From an uncultured Pelagibacteraceae bacterium (lineage in GTDB: Bacteria > Pseudomonadota > Alphaproteobacteria > Pelagibacterales > Pelagibacteraceae): a DNA stretch of 64,000 nucleotides. Location of the stretch: NCBI GenBank assembly GCA_902558585.1, contig CACEEO010000001.1:8415-72414 (forward strand), written 5' to 3'. The notes under the pieces are model-generated. The model was not told the origin of the DNA. It searched no databases and saw only the letters and a program-made list of their open reading frames with translations. Shown one piece after another: positions 1 to 9,913 of the stretch. The position numbers were made by a program, and so were the translations under genes. Position 1 is the stretch's first letter. Every line of letters begins with the position of its first letter.

Positions 1-487
1 TGATTTATTCTATTTATTTGAGAAAAATAAGTGCGAAGATATTAGTGATAGTGAATATTTATTGTGTACAGGGTTGTTTGATGATCATGATAAGGATTTA
101 AAATTTTATAAAGATTTACTTGAAAAACATATTACTAAAAAAATGATATGCACAAATCCTGATTTAATCGTTGATCGTGGTGAAGTTAGAGAGTTGTGCG
201 CAGGTTCTGTCGCAATGGTTTTTGAAAAAATGGGTGGAGAAGTAGTATATTTTGGAAAACCACATCCAGAGGTTTATAATCAGTCAATTGATAATAAAAA
301 TAAAAAAATATTAGCAATTGGCGATAATTTAAATACCGATATCAAAGGTGCAAATCTTTTAAATTATGATTCTTTATTAATCAGTAACGGAATACATAGA
401 AATGAAATAAAAAATAAAGGCATCCAAGATGTTTCAAAAGAGTATGAAGCGATAGTTAATTTTATTCAATCAGATTTAAAATGGTAA
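1..487 (+). CDS. HAD-superfamily class IIA hydrolase (5'-truncated by window edge)
   Basis: Frame open from position 2; motifs CTNPD, GKPHPEVY, IGDNLNTDIKGA; usual position upstream of ribF in Alphaproteobacteria. Confidence 0.85.
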   Translation, partial: DLFYLFEKNKCEDISDSEYLLCTGLFDDHDKDLKFYKDLLEKHITKKMICTNPDLIVDRGEVRELCAGSVAMVFEKMGGEVVYFGKPHPEVYNQSIDNKNKKILAIGDNLNTDIKGANLLNYDSLLISNGIHRNEIKNKGIQDVSKEYEAIVNFIQSDLKW

Positions 488-1404
488 AACATTATACAAA
501 TTTTAACATTAAAAAAATACACAAAGGCTCAATTATTTTAATAGGTAATTTTGATGGTTTACATTTGGGACATCAAAAATTATTTCAATTAGCACAGTCA
601 TATAAGAAAAAATATAATTTAAAGATTGGTGTTGTAAATTTTGATCCAATGCCAAAAATGTTTTTTAATAAAAAATTAAAAAATTTTCGACTTTCTAATG
701 CTGAACAAAAATTTAAGTTACTTAGTAATTTAAAAGTAGATTTTGTTGTTACAAAAAAGTTTGATAAAAAATTTTCTAAAACTAAAGCGCAAAACTTTAT
801 TTCTCAAATTTTAAATAAAAAATTAAGTTCTAAATTTATTTTTGTTAGCAATAATTTTAGATTTGGAAACAAAAGAGAAGGAAATGTTAATTTACTAAAA
901 AAATATGAAAAATTGTTTAACTATAAAGTTGTTAAACCTGAGCCATTAATTAAAAGTGAAAAGATCGTATCATCATCTTTAATAAGAAATCTTTTAGAAA
1001 AGGGTCTATTGAATAAAGCTAATAATCTTTTAAAAAGAAACTGGGCGATACAAGGTGTAGTTAAAAAGGGAAGACAAATAGGAAAAAAAATTGGTTTCCC
1101 TACCTGCAACATAGACATCAATGATTACGTTTTAGCAAGACCAGGGGTTTATGCCGTGAGGGTTTTGAGAAAAAATAGTGATAAATATCTTAAAGGAATT
1201 GCTAATCTTGGATACAGACCAACATTTAATCAAAAAAAAATATTACTAGAAGTTCATTTATTTAATTTTTCTGGAAATCTCTACAATAAGCTTTTATCAG
1301 TAGAGTTTTTAAAGTTTATAAGAAAAGAAAAAAAATTTAAAAATGTTAATCAATTAAGAGCTCAAATTAATAAAGATTTAAATATTGCAAAAAATACTAA
1401 ATGA
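481..1404 (+). CDS. ribF: Bifunctional riboflavin kinase/FAD synthetase
   Basis: GNFDGLHLGH, VSSSLIR, GRQIGKKIGFPTCN, GYRPTF, LEVH motifs; ribF-ileS-lspA order. Confidence 0.97.
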   Translation: MVKHYTNFNIKKIHKGSIILIGNFDGLHLGHQKLFQLAQSYKKKYNLKIGVVNFDPMPKMFFNKKLKNFRLSNAEQKFKLLSNLKVDFVVTKKFDKKFSKTKAQNFISQILNKKLSSKFIFVSNNFRFGNKREGNVNLLKKYEKLFNYKVVKPEPLIKSEKIVSSSLIRNLLEKGLLNKANNLLKRNWAIQGVVKKGRQIGKKIGFPTCNIDINDYVLARPGVYAVRVLRKNSDKYLKGIANLGYRPTFNQKKILLEVHLFNFSGNLYNKLLSVEFLKFIRKEKKFKNVNQLRAQINKDLNIAKNTK

Positions 1405-4115
1405 CTAAATCACAAATAAATCTCCCAAAAACTGCTTTTTCCATGAAAGCTAACTTACCTACTAGAGAGCCAGAAATTATTGAATATTGGAAAAAAATAA
1501 ATCTTTACGAAGAGTTAAGAAACGAAAGTAAAGGAAGGGAAAAATTTGTACTTCATGATGGACCCCCATATGCGAATGGAAATATCCATATGGGAACGGC
1601 TCTTAACAAAATTCTTAAAGATATAATTGTAAAATTTCATCAAATGGATGGAAAAGACTCGATTTATGTTCCAGGTTGGGATTGTCATGGTTTACCAATT
1701 GAATGGAAAATTGAAGAACAATATAAAAAAAACAAAAAAAACAAAAACGATGTTCCGATAGTTGAGTTTAGAAAAGAATGTAGAGCATTTGCTGAGAAGT
1801 GGATTGAAGTTCACAAAAGCCAATTTAAAAGATTGGGTGTTGTGGGGGATTGGGAAAATTATTACTCTACGATGAGCTTTAATGCAGAAGCCCAGATTGT
1901 TAGAGAGCTTGGTAAATTTTTAAGAGAAGGAAGTCTGTATAGAGGTTTCAAACCAGTTTTATGGTCAACAGTTGAGAAGACTGCACTTGCAGATGCTGAG
2001 GTAGAATACCAGGATCATAAATCAGATACAATTTATACGTCATTCAAAGTTAAATCATCTGATTTAGAAGATTTAGCTGGAAGTGAAATTGTTATTTGGA
2101 CAACTACTCCATGGACAATACCAGCCAATAAAGCTTTAGCATATAACGAGGCTCTTGATTATATAATATTAGAAATAAATGACGAAGGAGATTTTAAAAA
2201 TAGAAAAATTGTTATTGCAGAGGCTCTGTTAGAATCAGTTGTTAAAGAGTGTGAAATAAATAATTATAAAAAAGTTTATACCTTTAAAGGAAAAGAATTT
2301 AATAAGACTATTTGTAGTCACCCTTTCTTAAATCTTGGTTATGATTATGATATCCCAATGCTTGAGGCTAGATTTGTAACTACTGAGCAAGGAACTGGAA
2401 TAGTTCACTGTGCTCCAAGTCATGGACCTGATGACTTTAATCTTTGTTTAAATAACGGTATTAAAGCAATAGAAACAGTTGATGGTGATGGAAAATATAC
2501 AAACAATGTGAAATTGTTTGAAGGTATTCATATTTTTAAAGCAAATCCTATTGTAATTGAAAAACTTAGAGAGCATAAAAATTTATTATTTAATGGTGAG
2601 CTGGTTCATTCTTATCCACACTCATGGAGATCTAAGGCTCCACTTGTTCACAGGGCAACCCCACAATGGTTTATTTCAATGGAAAGTCATAAACTAAGAG
2701 ATAAAGCTTTAAAAGCTATTGACGAAACAACTTTTTACCCAAGTAAAGGTAAAGAAAGATTAAAATCAATGATAGAAACTAGACCTGATTGGTGTGTTTC
2801 AAGACAAAGAGTTTGGGGTGTTCCTCTTCCTATTTTTATTAATAAAAAAACAAAAGAAATTTTAGTAGATGATGAAGTTACTGAAAATATTGCTTCAATT
2901 TATGAAAAAGAAGGTTCTGATTGTTGGTTTTCAGATGATCCACAAAGATTTTTAGGAGAAAAATATAAGGCAAATGAATATGAAAAACTGAGTGATATCG
3001 TTGAGGTTTGGTTTGATAGTGGTTCGACACATTCATTTGTATTAGAAAAAAGAAATGATTTAAAATGGCCAGCATCAATGTATTTAGAGGGTTCTGACCA
3101 ACATAGGGGCTGGTTTCATTCTTCATTACTGGAGTCCTGTGGCACTAGAGGAAGGGCTCCATTTGAGTCCATTTTATCTCACGGTTTTGTAGTTGATGGC
3201 AAAGGTTTAAAAATGTCCAAGTCATTGGGAAATGTAATCCTGCCTGAAGATATTTTAAAAAAATATGGTGCTGATATTTTAAGAATTTGGGTGGCATCAT
3301 CGAATTACGCAGAAGATTTAAGAATAGATTATTCTATTTTAGATCAGCACGCAGACTCTTATAGAAAAATCAGAAATACTTTCAGATATTTACTTGGAAA
3401 TATAAATGATAATTTTGAGTCAATAAATTTTGATAAGTTAGATATTATTGATTTGCCTGAATTAGAGCAGCTGATGCTTCATAAAATTTTTGTTCTAAAT
3501 GAAAAATTTAATAAATATTTTAGAAATTATGATTTCCATAATTTATATAAAGAATTGTTAAATTTTTGTACTGTTGATTTATCTGCTTTTTATTTCGATA
3601 TTAGAAAAGACAGTCTATATTGTGATCCCAAGGAATCAAAGAATAGAAAATCAACAATTACTTTACTAAATGTAATTTTAAATGCTTTATTAAAATGGTT
3701 CGCTCCAATATTGTCTTTCACTACCGAAGAAATTTTCAAATTATTGTTCACGAATAGAAAAAGTGTTCATTTGGAAAAATTTTTAAAATTTCCAAATAAA
3801 TTTAGGAATGATAAATTAAATGAAAAATGGATCGAATTAATAAAAATTAGAGATATTTGTAATATTAGTATTGAAGAAAAAAGAGTTAGCAAAGAAATAG
3901 GATCAAGTTTAGAAGCAAATTTAAAAATAAAATTAAATAAAAAATTAAAAAATCTTACAGAAAATACTGATTTTTCAGAACTTTGTATTACTTCGAAAGC
4001 TGAAGTTAGTTACAAAAATGATGCCGAAACAACAGCAATCACTGAAAAGGCGAAGGGATCCAAGTGTCCAGTTTGTTGGAAAATAAATGAGGCCCCTTGT
4101 CCTAGACATACTTAA
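1401..4115 (+). CDS. ileS: Isoleucyl-tRNA synthetase (type 1)
   Basis: DGPPYANG-HMGT, GWDCHGLPIE, WTTTPWT, EGSDQHRGWF, KMSKS. Confidence 0.99.
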   Translation: MTKSQINLPKTAFSMKANLPTREPEIIEYWKKINLYEELRNESKGREKFVLHDGPPYANGNIHMGTALNKILKDIIVKFHQMDGKDSIYVPGWDCHGLPIEWKIEEQYKKNKKNKNDVPIVEFRKECRAFAEKWIEVHKSQFKRLGVVGDWENYYSTMSFNAEAQIVRELGKFLREGSLYRGFKPVLWSTVEKTALADAEVEYQDHKSDTIYTSFKVKSSDLEDLAGSEIVIWTTTPWTIPANKALAYNEALDYIILEINDEGDFKNRKIVIAEALLESVVKECEINNYKKVYTFKGKEFNKTICSHPFLNLGYDYDIPMLEARFVTTEQGTGIVHCAPSHGPDDFNLCLNNGIKAIETVDGDGKYTNNVKLFEGIHIFKANPIVIEKLREHKNLLFNGELVHSYPHSWRSKAPLVHRATPQWFISMESHKLRDKALKAIDETTFYPSKGKERLKSMIETRPDWCVSRQRVWGVPLPIFINKKTKEILVDDEVTENIASIYEKEGSDCWFSDDPQRFLGEKYKANEYEKLSDIVEVWFDSGSTHSFVLEKRNDLKWPASMYLEGSDQHRGWFHSSLLESCGTRGRAPFESILSHGFVVDGKGLKMSKSLGNVILPEDILKKYGADILRIWVASSNYAEDLRIDYSILDQHADSYRKIRNTFRYLLGNINDNFESINFDKLDIIDLPELEQLMLHKIFVLNEKFNKYFRNYDFHNLYKELLNFCTVDLSAFYFDIRKDSLYCDPKESKNRKSTITLLNVILNALLKWFAPILSFTTEEIFKLLFTNRKSVHLEKFLKFPNKFRNDKLNEKWIELIKIRDICNISIEEKRVSKEIGSSLEANLKIKLNKKLKNLTENTDFSELCITSKAEVSYKNDAETTAITEKAKGSKCPVCWKINEAPCPRHT

Positions 4116-4627
4116 TGATTCTATCAATTTTAAGGAAAAATCTTATAAATAATTTGTTACTTGTTTTTTTAATTTTTTTATTTGATAGAATTTCTAAAAT
4201 TTATGTAATTTATTTGAGCAACAAATTTTTAGGAAATGAAATATTTTCTTCAAAATTCTTGAATATAACTTTAATTTGGAATGAAGGAATTGCATTTGGT
4301 TTCTTTTCATTTGGAGACAAAACACTTTATAACTATTTAACAATTTTAATATTTACAATTATTTTAGCAATTGGTTTCATGATAATTAAAAGTGAAGGTT
4401 TAAAGAAATATTCGCTTTTGATGATTTTAGGTGGTGCTTTAGGAAATATTTTTGATAGAATATATTATAAAGCAGTACCTGACTTTATTGACATACATAT
4501 AGCAAATTTTCATTGGTTCATTTTCAATATTGCAGATATATTTATTACATTAGGTGTAGTTTTTATGATTTTTTTAGAATTATTTGTTAATAATAAAAAA
4601 AATAAAAGTAGTCATGAAATATCTTAA
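4115..4627 (+). CDS. lspA: Lipoprotein signal peptidase II
   Basis: NEGIAFG, GGALGNIFDR, VPDFI, FNIAD; follows ileS. Confidence 0.96.
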   Translation: MILSILRKNLINNLLLVFLIFLFDRISKIYVIYLSNKFLGNEIFSSKFLNITLIWNEGIAFGFFSFGDKTLYNYLTILIFTIILAIGFMIIKSEGLKKYSLLMILGGALGNIFDRIYYKAVPDFIDIHIANFHWFIFNIADIFITLGVVFMIFLELFVNNKKNKSSHEIS

Positions 4628-4931
4628 AATATTTTTGTTTTTAAATTTAATTTTGTTAATTTCAAATTGTGGAACAGCCAAAAAAGCATTCACTAATCAA
4701 AAAAAAAATAGTACTGATGAATTTTTAGTTGAAAAAAAATCACCTCTTGTAATGCCTCCAGATTTTAATGATTTGCCAGTTCCCAATCAAAACAAAGAAA
4801 TATCGGAGATAAATGAAAATAAAATAAAAGATCTCGTAACAAAAAATGAAACTGAAAATTCAGAAGAAAAAACTTCTGATGAGAATAATACCAGCATCGA
4901 ACAATCAATACTAAAAAAAATCAACAAATAA
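4614..4931 (+). CDS. Small lipoprotein, DUF3035-like
   Basis: ATG at 4614 gives a signal peptide with lipobox-like ISNC; DEFLVEKKSPLVMPPDF motif; typical position after lspA. Confidence 0.75.
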   Translation: MKYLKIFLFLNLILLISNCGTAKKAFTNQKKNSTDEFLVEKKSPLVMPPDFNDLPVPNQNKEISEINENKIKDLVTKNETENSEEKTSDENNTSIEQSILKKINK

Positions 4932-6082
4932 TGCTGACTTCAGGTATTAGTTTTGTAAATTTTAAAAAAAAAAATAAATCACAAAAATTAAAAAAAAAAT
5001 TACGATCAATTACTAATGACAAAAACGAGATACTTAAATCATTAAGTAAAAATTATATAGATAGTTATAATAAAAAATTTATTGATAAATATAAAAATTA
5101 TTTAGATTTTAGAATAATAGGTATGGGAGGATCCATACTTGGAACTAGAGCAATTTATGAATTTTTAAAACATAAAATAAAAAAAAATTTTTTATTTTCT
5201 GATAATCTTCAGAACACTTTATCTCAAAGTAAAAAAAAAACTGTTAATATAATTGTATCAAAATCGGGAAATACAATTGAGACAATCGTAAATTCAAATA
5301 TAATTTTAAAGAAAAATAATAAAAATATTTTTATTACTGAAAACAAAAAAAATTATCTTTATCGATTAGCAGAAAATCTCAAAGGAGAAATCGTTCATCA
5401 TAATAATTATATTGGTGGAAGGTATTCAGTTTTATCTGAAGTAGGAATGTTGCCAGCTGAATTGATGGGTTTAAAATCTAAAAATTTTAGACAATTTAAT
5501 TCTTTAATAAAAAACAGAAGATTTTTAAATTCACTTATCAACAATGTTGGTTCAATACTTTATTATATAAAAAATCAAAAATTTAATTCTATAATTATAA
5601 ATTATGATGAAAAATCGGAAGGTTTATTTAAATGGTATCAACAACTAGTTTCAGAAAGTTTAGGTAAGAGAAAAAAGGGGCTTTTACCAATAGTATCAAA
5701 TATGCCAAAAGACAACCATAGTGTAATGCAACTTTATTTAGATGGTTTTCAAAATAATTTTTATACATTTTTTTATGTTGATGAAAAAAAATCAAAAAAA
5801 ATAAACAATAAAATTATATTACCATCACACAAATTCTTAAAAAATAAATCAATATCAAAAATTATTTATTCTCAAAAAAAAGCCAGTGAAAATATTTTTT
5901 TGAAAAAAAATATACCATTTAGAAGTTTTGAAGTTAAAAAAAGGGATGAAAAAACTTTAGGGGAATTGTTTTCCTTTTTTATTTTAGAAACAATTTTACT
6001 TGGCAAGGCACTAAAATTAAACCCTTATGATCAACCAGCTGTTGAATTAATTAAGAAAGAAACAAAAAAAATTCTAACTTGA
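4931..6082 (+). CDS. pgi: Glucose-6-phosphate isomerase (compact form)
   Basis: GMGGS, SKSGNTIET, IGGRYSV, QQLVSESLGK, NPYDQPAVE. Confidence 0.9.
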   Translation: MLTSGISFVNFKKKNKSQKLKKKLRSITNDKNEILKSLSKNYIDSYNKKFIDKYKNYLDFRIIGMGGSILGTRAIYEFLKHKIKKNFLFSDNLQNTLSQSKKKTVNIIVSKSGNTIETIVNSNIILKKNNKNIFITENKKNYLYRLAENLKGEIVHHNNYIGGRYSVLSEVGMLPAELMGLKSKNFRQFNSLIKNRRFLNSLINNVGSILYYIKNQKFNSIIINYDEKSEGLFKWYQQLVSESLGKRKKGLLPIVSNMPKDNHSVMQLYLDGFQNNFYTFFYVDEKKSKKINNKIILPSHKFLKNKSISKIIYSQKKASENIFLKKNIPFRSFEVKKRDEKTLGELFSFFILETILLGKALKLNPYDQPAVELIKKETKKILT

Positions 6083-6640
6083 ATTAGATAAAAAAATTAT
6101 CTTTGAAATTCCATATTTTTTTTCTTCTATGATTTTGAAGTTTTTTGGAAAAATATCTTCCTCTTTATTATGTCTATGAAGAATAATAATGGAGTTTTTT
6201 TTAAGTATTTTTAAATTAGCAATCTTTTCAAATATTGTATTTATATTTTTATCTTTATATGGTGGATCTAAAAAAATAATATCAAATTTATTTTCAAAGT
6301 TATTAAAAATTTCATCTTTATAAATATCTTTTTTTATTATTTTATAATTATTGATTGATTTTAAATTGGACAGATTTTTTTCTAAAATTGGTAAAACTTC
6401 TATATAATTTTCTATAAAAAAAACTTCTTTTACTCCTCTTGATAAGCATTCTAGACCAAAAGACCCAACTCCAGAAAATAAATCTAAAATAGTAGAATTA
6501 TTAAAATCAATATTAAATTTATTTGAGTGGGTAATAATATTAAAAATAGATTCTTTTGCCAAATCCTTTAGAGGTCGTGTCTGATTATCTTTTGGCTCTA
6601 AAATTTTTTTTCCTTTAAAAGAGCCAGATATTATTCTCAT
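6074..6640 (-). CDS. rsmD: 16S rRNA m2G966 methyltransferase
   Basis: MRIISG start, TRP, LDLFSGVGSFGLECLSRG, DPPY. Confidence 0.95.
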   Translation of the reverse strand: MRIISGSFKGKKILEPKDNQTRPLKDLAKESIFNIITHSNKFNIDFNNSTILDLFSGVGSFGLECLSRGVKEVFFIENYIEVLPILEKNLSNLKSINNYKIIKKDIYKDEIFNNFENKFDIIFLDPPYKDKNINTIFEKIANLKILKKNSIIILHRHNKEEDIFPKNFKIIEEKKYGISKIIFLSNSS

Positions 6641-7902
6641 TATTTAACAACCTTATAACCTATATCTTTCCTAAAAAAACCACCATTCCAGTTTAATTTT
6701 TCTAAATTTTCTTCTGCATTTTTTTTAGCTACTTTGAAATCATTTGAAAGACTAACAAAATTTAAAACCCTTCCTCCAACAGCTAATATTTTTTCATTTT
6801 TTTTTATAGTGCCTGCATGAAACATATAGTTATCTAAACTAAGTCTGATACTATTTAAGTTATTAATTTGAATATTTTTTTTAAATGTATCGGGATAACC
6901 ATTCGAGCACAAAACAACACATAAACTTTTTTCATTTTTCCATTCAATATTAATTTCTTTAAGCTCTTTTTCACAACAGGCTAAAAATATATCAATAAGA
7001 TCTGTTTTTAATCTAGGAAGTATAGTTTGACATTCAGGATCACCCATTCTCACATTATACTCAATTAAATAAGGTTCATTTTCTACAATCATTAAACCTG
7101 TGTATAAAAAACCCTTATACTCAGATCCCATTTTTGATAAACCTTTTAGGGTAGGATTAATAATTTTATTTATAATTTTTTTCTCTAATTCATTATTAAT
7201 TAATCTTGAGGGAGAGTAGGCACCCATGCCCCCAGTATTTTTTCCTTTATCGCCCTCTAAAACTCTTTTATGATCTTGTGCTGTTTCAAATGTTTTAAAT
7301 GAGATACCATCATGAATAGTAAAAAAACTCATTTCCTCACCTTTTAGAAACTCTTCAATTAAAATATTTTTAGCTTTACCAAACTTTCCATTAAAAATTT
7401 CATCTATTGCTGTTTCTGCTTCTTCTTTACCGTGACAAATATAAACACCTTTTCCAGAAGCTAGATTATCCGCTTTTACTACTATTGGAAAATTAGAATT
7501 ATTTACAAAATTTTTTGCTTTACTACTATCTTCAAAAATTCCAAATTCAGCTGTTGGAATTTTATATTTTTTACAAAGTTGTTTCGTAAAAATTTTTGAT
7601 CCTTCAAGTTGAGAAGAAAATTTATTTGGTCCAAAAACTTTTATTTGAAATTTTTCTAAATAATCCACTAAACCATCAACCAACGGTTTCTCAGGACCTA
7701 TGATTATTAATTCAATTTTATTTTCAAAAATAAAGTTTTTTAAATTTTCAAATTTCTCAAGATCAATTTTAACGTTTTCTGCAATTTGCTGAGTTCCAGC
7801 ATTTCCTGGAAAACAAAATATTTTATTGATTTTATTGGAATTCTTTAAACTTTGACATATCGCATGCTCTCTTCCGCCGCTTCCTATTATTCCAACTTTC
7901 AT
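6640..7902 (-). CDS. purD: Phosphoribosylamine-glycine ligase
   Basis: GSGGREHA, GPEKPL, QDHKR, NTGGMGAY, EYNVRMGDPECQ. Confidence 0.98.
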   Translation of the reverse strand: MKVGIIGSGGREHAICQSLKNSNKINKIFCFPGNAGTQQIAENVKIDLEKFENLKNFIFENKIELIIIGPEKPLVDGLVDYLEKFQIKVFGPNKFSSQLEGSKIFTKQLCKKYKIPTAEFGIFEDSSKAKNFVNNSNFPIVVKADNLASGKGVYICHGKEEAETAIDEIFNGKFGKAKNILIEEFLKGEEMSFFTIHDGISFKTFETAQDHKRVLEGDKGKNTGGMGAYSPSRLINNELEKKIINKIINPTLKGLSKMGSEYKGFLYTGLMIVENEPYLIEYNVRMGDPECQTILPRLKTDLIDIFLACCEKELKEINIEWKNEKSLCVVLCSNGYPDTFKKNIQINNLNSIRLSLDNYMFHAGTIKKNEKILAVGGRVLNFVSLSNDFKVAKKNAEENLEKLNWNGGFFRKDIGYKVVK

Positions 7903-7923
7903 ATAAAACTGTATAAACTAAAA

Positions 7924-8121
7924 ATGACAAAAAAATTAGCTAAAATAAAATATTTACCAAATAATTTTCAAATTATCGAACGCGGTGATTATGTTGAATG
8001 TGCTGTCTCTGGAAAGAGTATCGATCTAGAAAATTTAACTTATTGGAATGTAGAATTACAAGAACCATATTTCTCATATAAGGAAGCGAATAAAAAAAGA
8101 GAAGACACAAACAAAAAATAA
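7924..8121 (+). CDS. Small conserved protein, DUF2093-like
   Basis: GDYVECAVSGKSIDLENLTYWNVELQEPY pattern; ATG 7924 preferred over the upstream TTG that lies inside purD. Confidence 0.8.
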   Translation: MTKKLAKIKYLPNNFQIIERGDYVECAVSGKSIDLENLTYWNVELQEPYFSYKEANKKREDTNKK

Positions 8122-8123
8122 AC

Positions 8124-8984
8124 CTATTTCCATCTATTGTGCGACCATATCCAATTCTCTGGCTTACTTAAAATAAACTTTTCAAGAATTTGATTTAAAT
8201 GGTCTGTTATTTGTTGTTGGCTTGTATCTTGAGTAAAGGAAAGAGGTTGATTAATTGTAATTTTAAATTTTAAGCCATTAATCCTTTCAATGTAAACAGG
8301 GACTATTGGTATATTGAATTTTTTAACTAACTGAGCTGGTATAGTGGTGGTAAGGGCTTTTTCATTGAATAAAGGTGACAAGATACCTTCTGATACTCTC
8401 TGATCAATCATTAGAGCAGTAGAATAATTTTTTTTTTTTAATTTAATTAATTTTTTTAATCCAGCTAATCCTTTTTTAATTTGATTTTTACAAATATATT
8501 TTTTTCTAATATTTTCCATTATCCCATTTAAAAAAATATTATTTAAAGGGCGATATATAGCAGACAAGTTTATACCAGATTTTTCTATAAACATTGCCAT
8601 AAGTTCAAAATTACTCAAATGACCAGAAATAAAAATTACTTGTTTATTATTTTCTTTAATATCATTTAAAATTTCTTGCCCTTCAATTTGCACATTAGAA
8701 GCTAATTTCCCATATCTAAAATCTTTTAGAAAAATATATTCTGCAAAAATTCTCCCGTAGTTGTTCCACATCGAGTTTTCAATATTTTTTAAATTATTTT
8801 CATCAATTTCAGGCAAAGCTCTCTTGATATTATTATAAATTACTTTTTTCGATCTAAAAAAAGGACCGATTATTTCAAATATTTTTCCACTTATCTTAGA
8901 AGATAGTTTAGGACCAATTATTTTAAAAAAAAGGAAGAAAAAAACTGAAAATAAAAATTGAAAAAAATATTTAATATATTTCAT
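8124..8984 (-). CDS. Lipid A late acyltransferase (LpxL/HtrB family)
   Basis: H-x4-E motif (GHLSNFE), IDQ, WIWSHNRWK; within msbA-waaA-lpxK cluster. Confidence 0.9.
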   Translation of the reverse strand: MKYIKYFFQFLFSVFFFLFFKIIGPKLSSKISGKIFEIIGPFFRSKKVIYNNIKRALPEIDENNLKNIENSMWNNYGRIFAEYIFLKDFRYGKLASNVQIEGQEILNDIKENNKQVIFISGHLSNFELMAMFIEKSGINLSAIYRPLNNIFLNGIMENIRKKYICKNQIKKGLAGLKKLIKLKKKNYSTALMIDQRVSEGILSPLFNEKALTTTIPAQLVKKFNIPIVPVYIERINGLKFKITINQPLSFTQDTSQQQITDHLNQILEKFILSKPENWIWSHNRWK

Positions 8985-8986
8985 AA

Positions 8987-9913
8987 TTAACTAATAGATT
9001 TTATTAATTTTTCCTCGTCAACTATATTTAATTCTGATTTTATAAATTTTATTTTTTTATCATTGTTTCCATTTAATCTTAAAAAATCCTTTTCTGTTGT
9101 AATTATTTTGCAATTCAATAATTCCGCCTCTGAAATGATTTTATTTAATTCTTTTTCACTGTATTGATAATGGTCTGAAAATTCAAAATCCTTTTTTATT
9201 TTAAATCCATGCTCTTTAAGCATTGCAATAAAGGTTGAATGATTACCAATTCCTGAAAATACTAAATAATCATCTTCTTTTTTGAATTCGTTTAAATTTG
9301 TAATTTCATATTTTCCTAAATGAATGTTTATTTTTGAGTTAATTTTAAGTATTTGCGTTTCTATTTCATCTAAATTTTCTAAATTGCCATTTAAAAATAC
9401 ATGATCATAATTTTTTAAATTATTTATATCTTCCCTTAATGGTCCCGCAGGAATAGTCATTCCATTTCCAATCCAGTTAATATTATTAAAACATATGAAA
9501 CTTAGATCATATGTAATTGATTTATCTTGAATTCCATCATCAAGTATTGCCACTTCGTAATTTTCATTAATGGCATTCTGTATTGCTTCTTTTCTAGTCA
9601 GTGATAAAAACAGCTTACCGTTATTTTCTAAAAGTTTTTGCTCATCTGCCTGATTTTTATAAAATTTTTTTATAAAACAAGATTTAATTTTTCTTTTTTC
9701 TAAAATTTGTTTTATTTTAATACATAATGAAGTTTTACCGGTCCCACCAATATAAAAATTTCCTATACAAATAGTTTTGATATTCATTTTTGAATTATCT
9801 GGTTTTTTTTTAAAATAGATAAAAATTTTTATTATTAATGCTATTGGAAGTAATAAATATGCAAATAAATTTGGTGTTTTTTGATCCCAAAAATTAGGTT
9901 TTTTTATATTCAT
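8987..9913 (-). CDS. lpxK: Tetraacyldisaccharide 4'-kinase
   Basis: IGNFYIGGTGKT, DDGIQ, PAGPLRE, FSDH, TTEKD. Confidence 0.96.
   Translation of the reverse strand: MNIKKPNFWDQKTPNLFAYLLLPIALIIKIFIYFKKKPDNSKMNIKTICIGNFYIGGTGKTSLCIKIKQILEKRKIKSCFIKKFYKNQADEQKLLENNGKLFLSLTRKEAIQNAINENYEVAILDDGIQDKSITYDLSFICFNNINWIGNGMTIPAGPLREDINNLKNYDHVFLNGNLENLDEIETQILKINSKINIHLGKYEITNLNEFKKEDDYLVFSGIGNHSTFIAMLKEHGFKIKKDFEFSDHYQYSEKELNKIISEAELLNCKIITTEKDFLRLNGNNDKKIKFIKSELNIVDEEKLIKSIS

Noticed and set aside
4931-6082. Pgi as a truncated pseudogene (383 aa)
   Set aside because: Catalytic motifs are present and the frame is intact; best read as a compact enzyme
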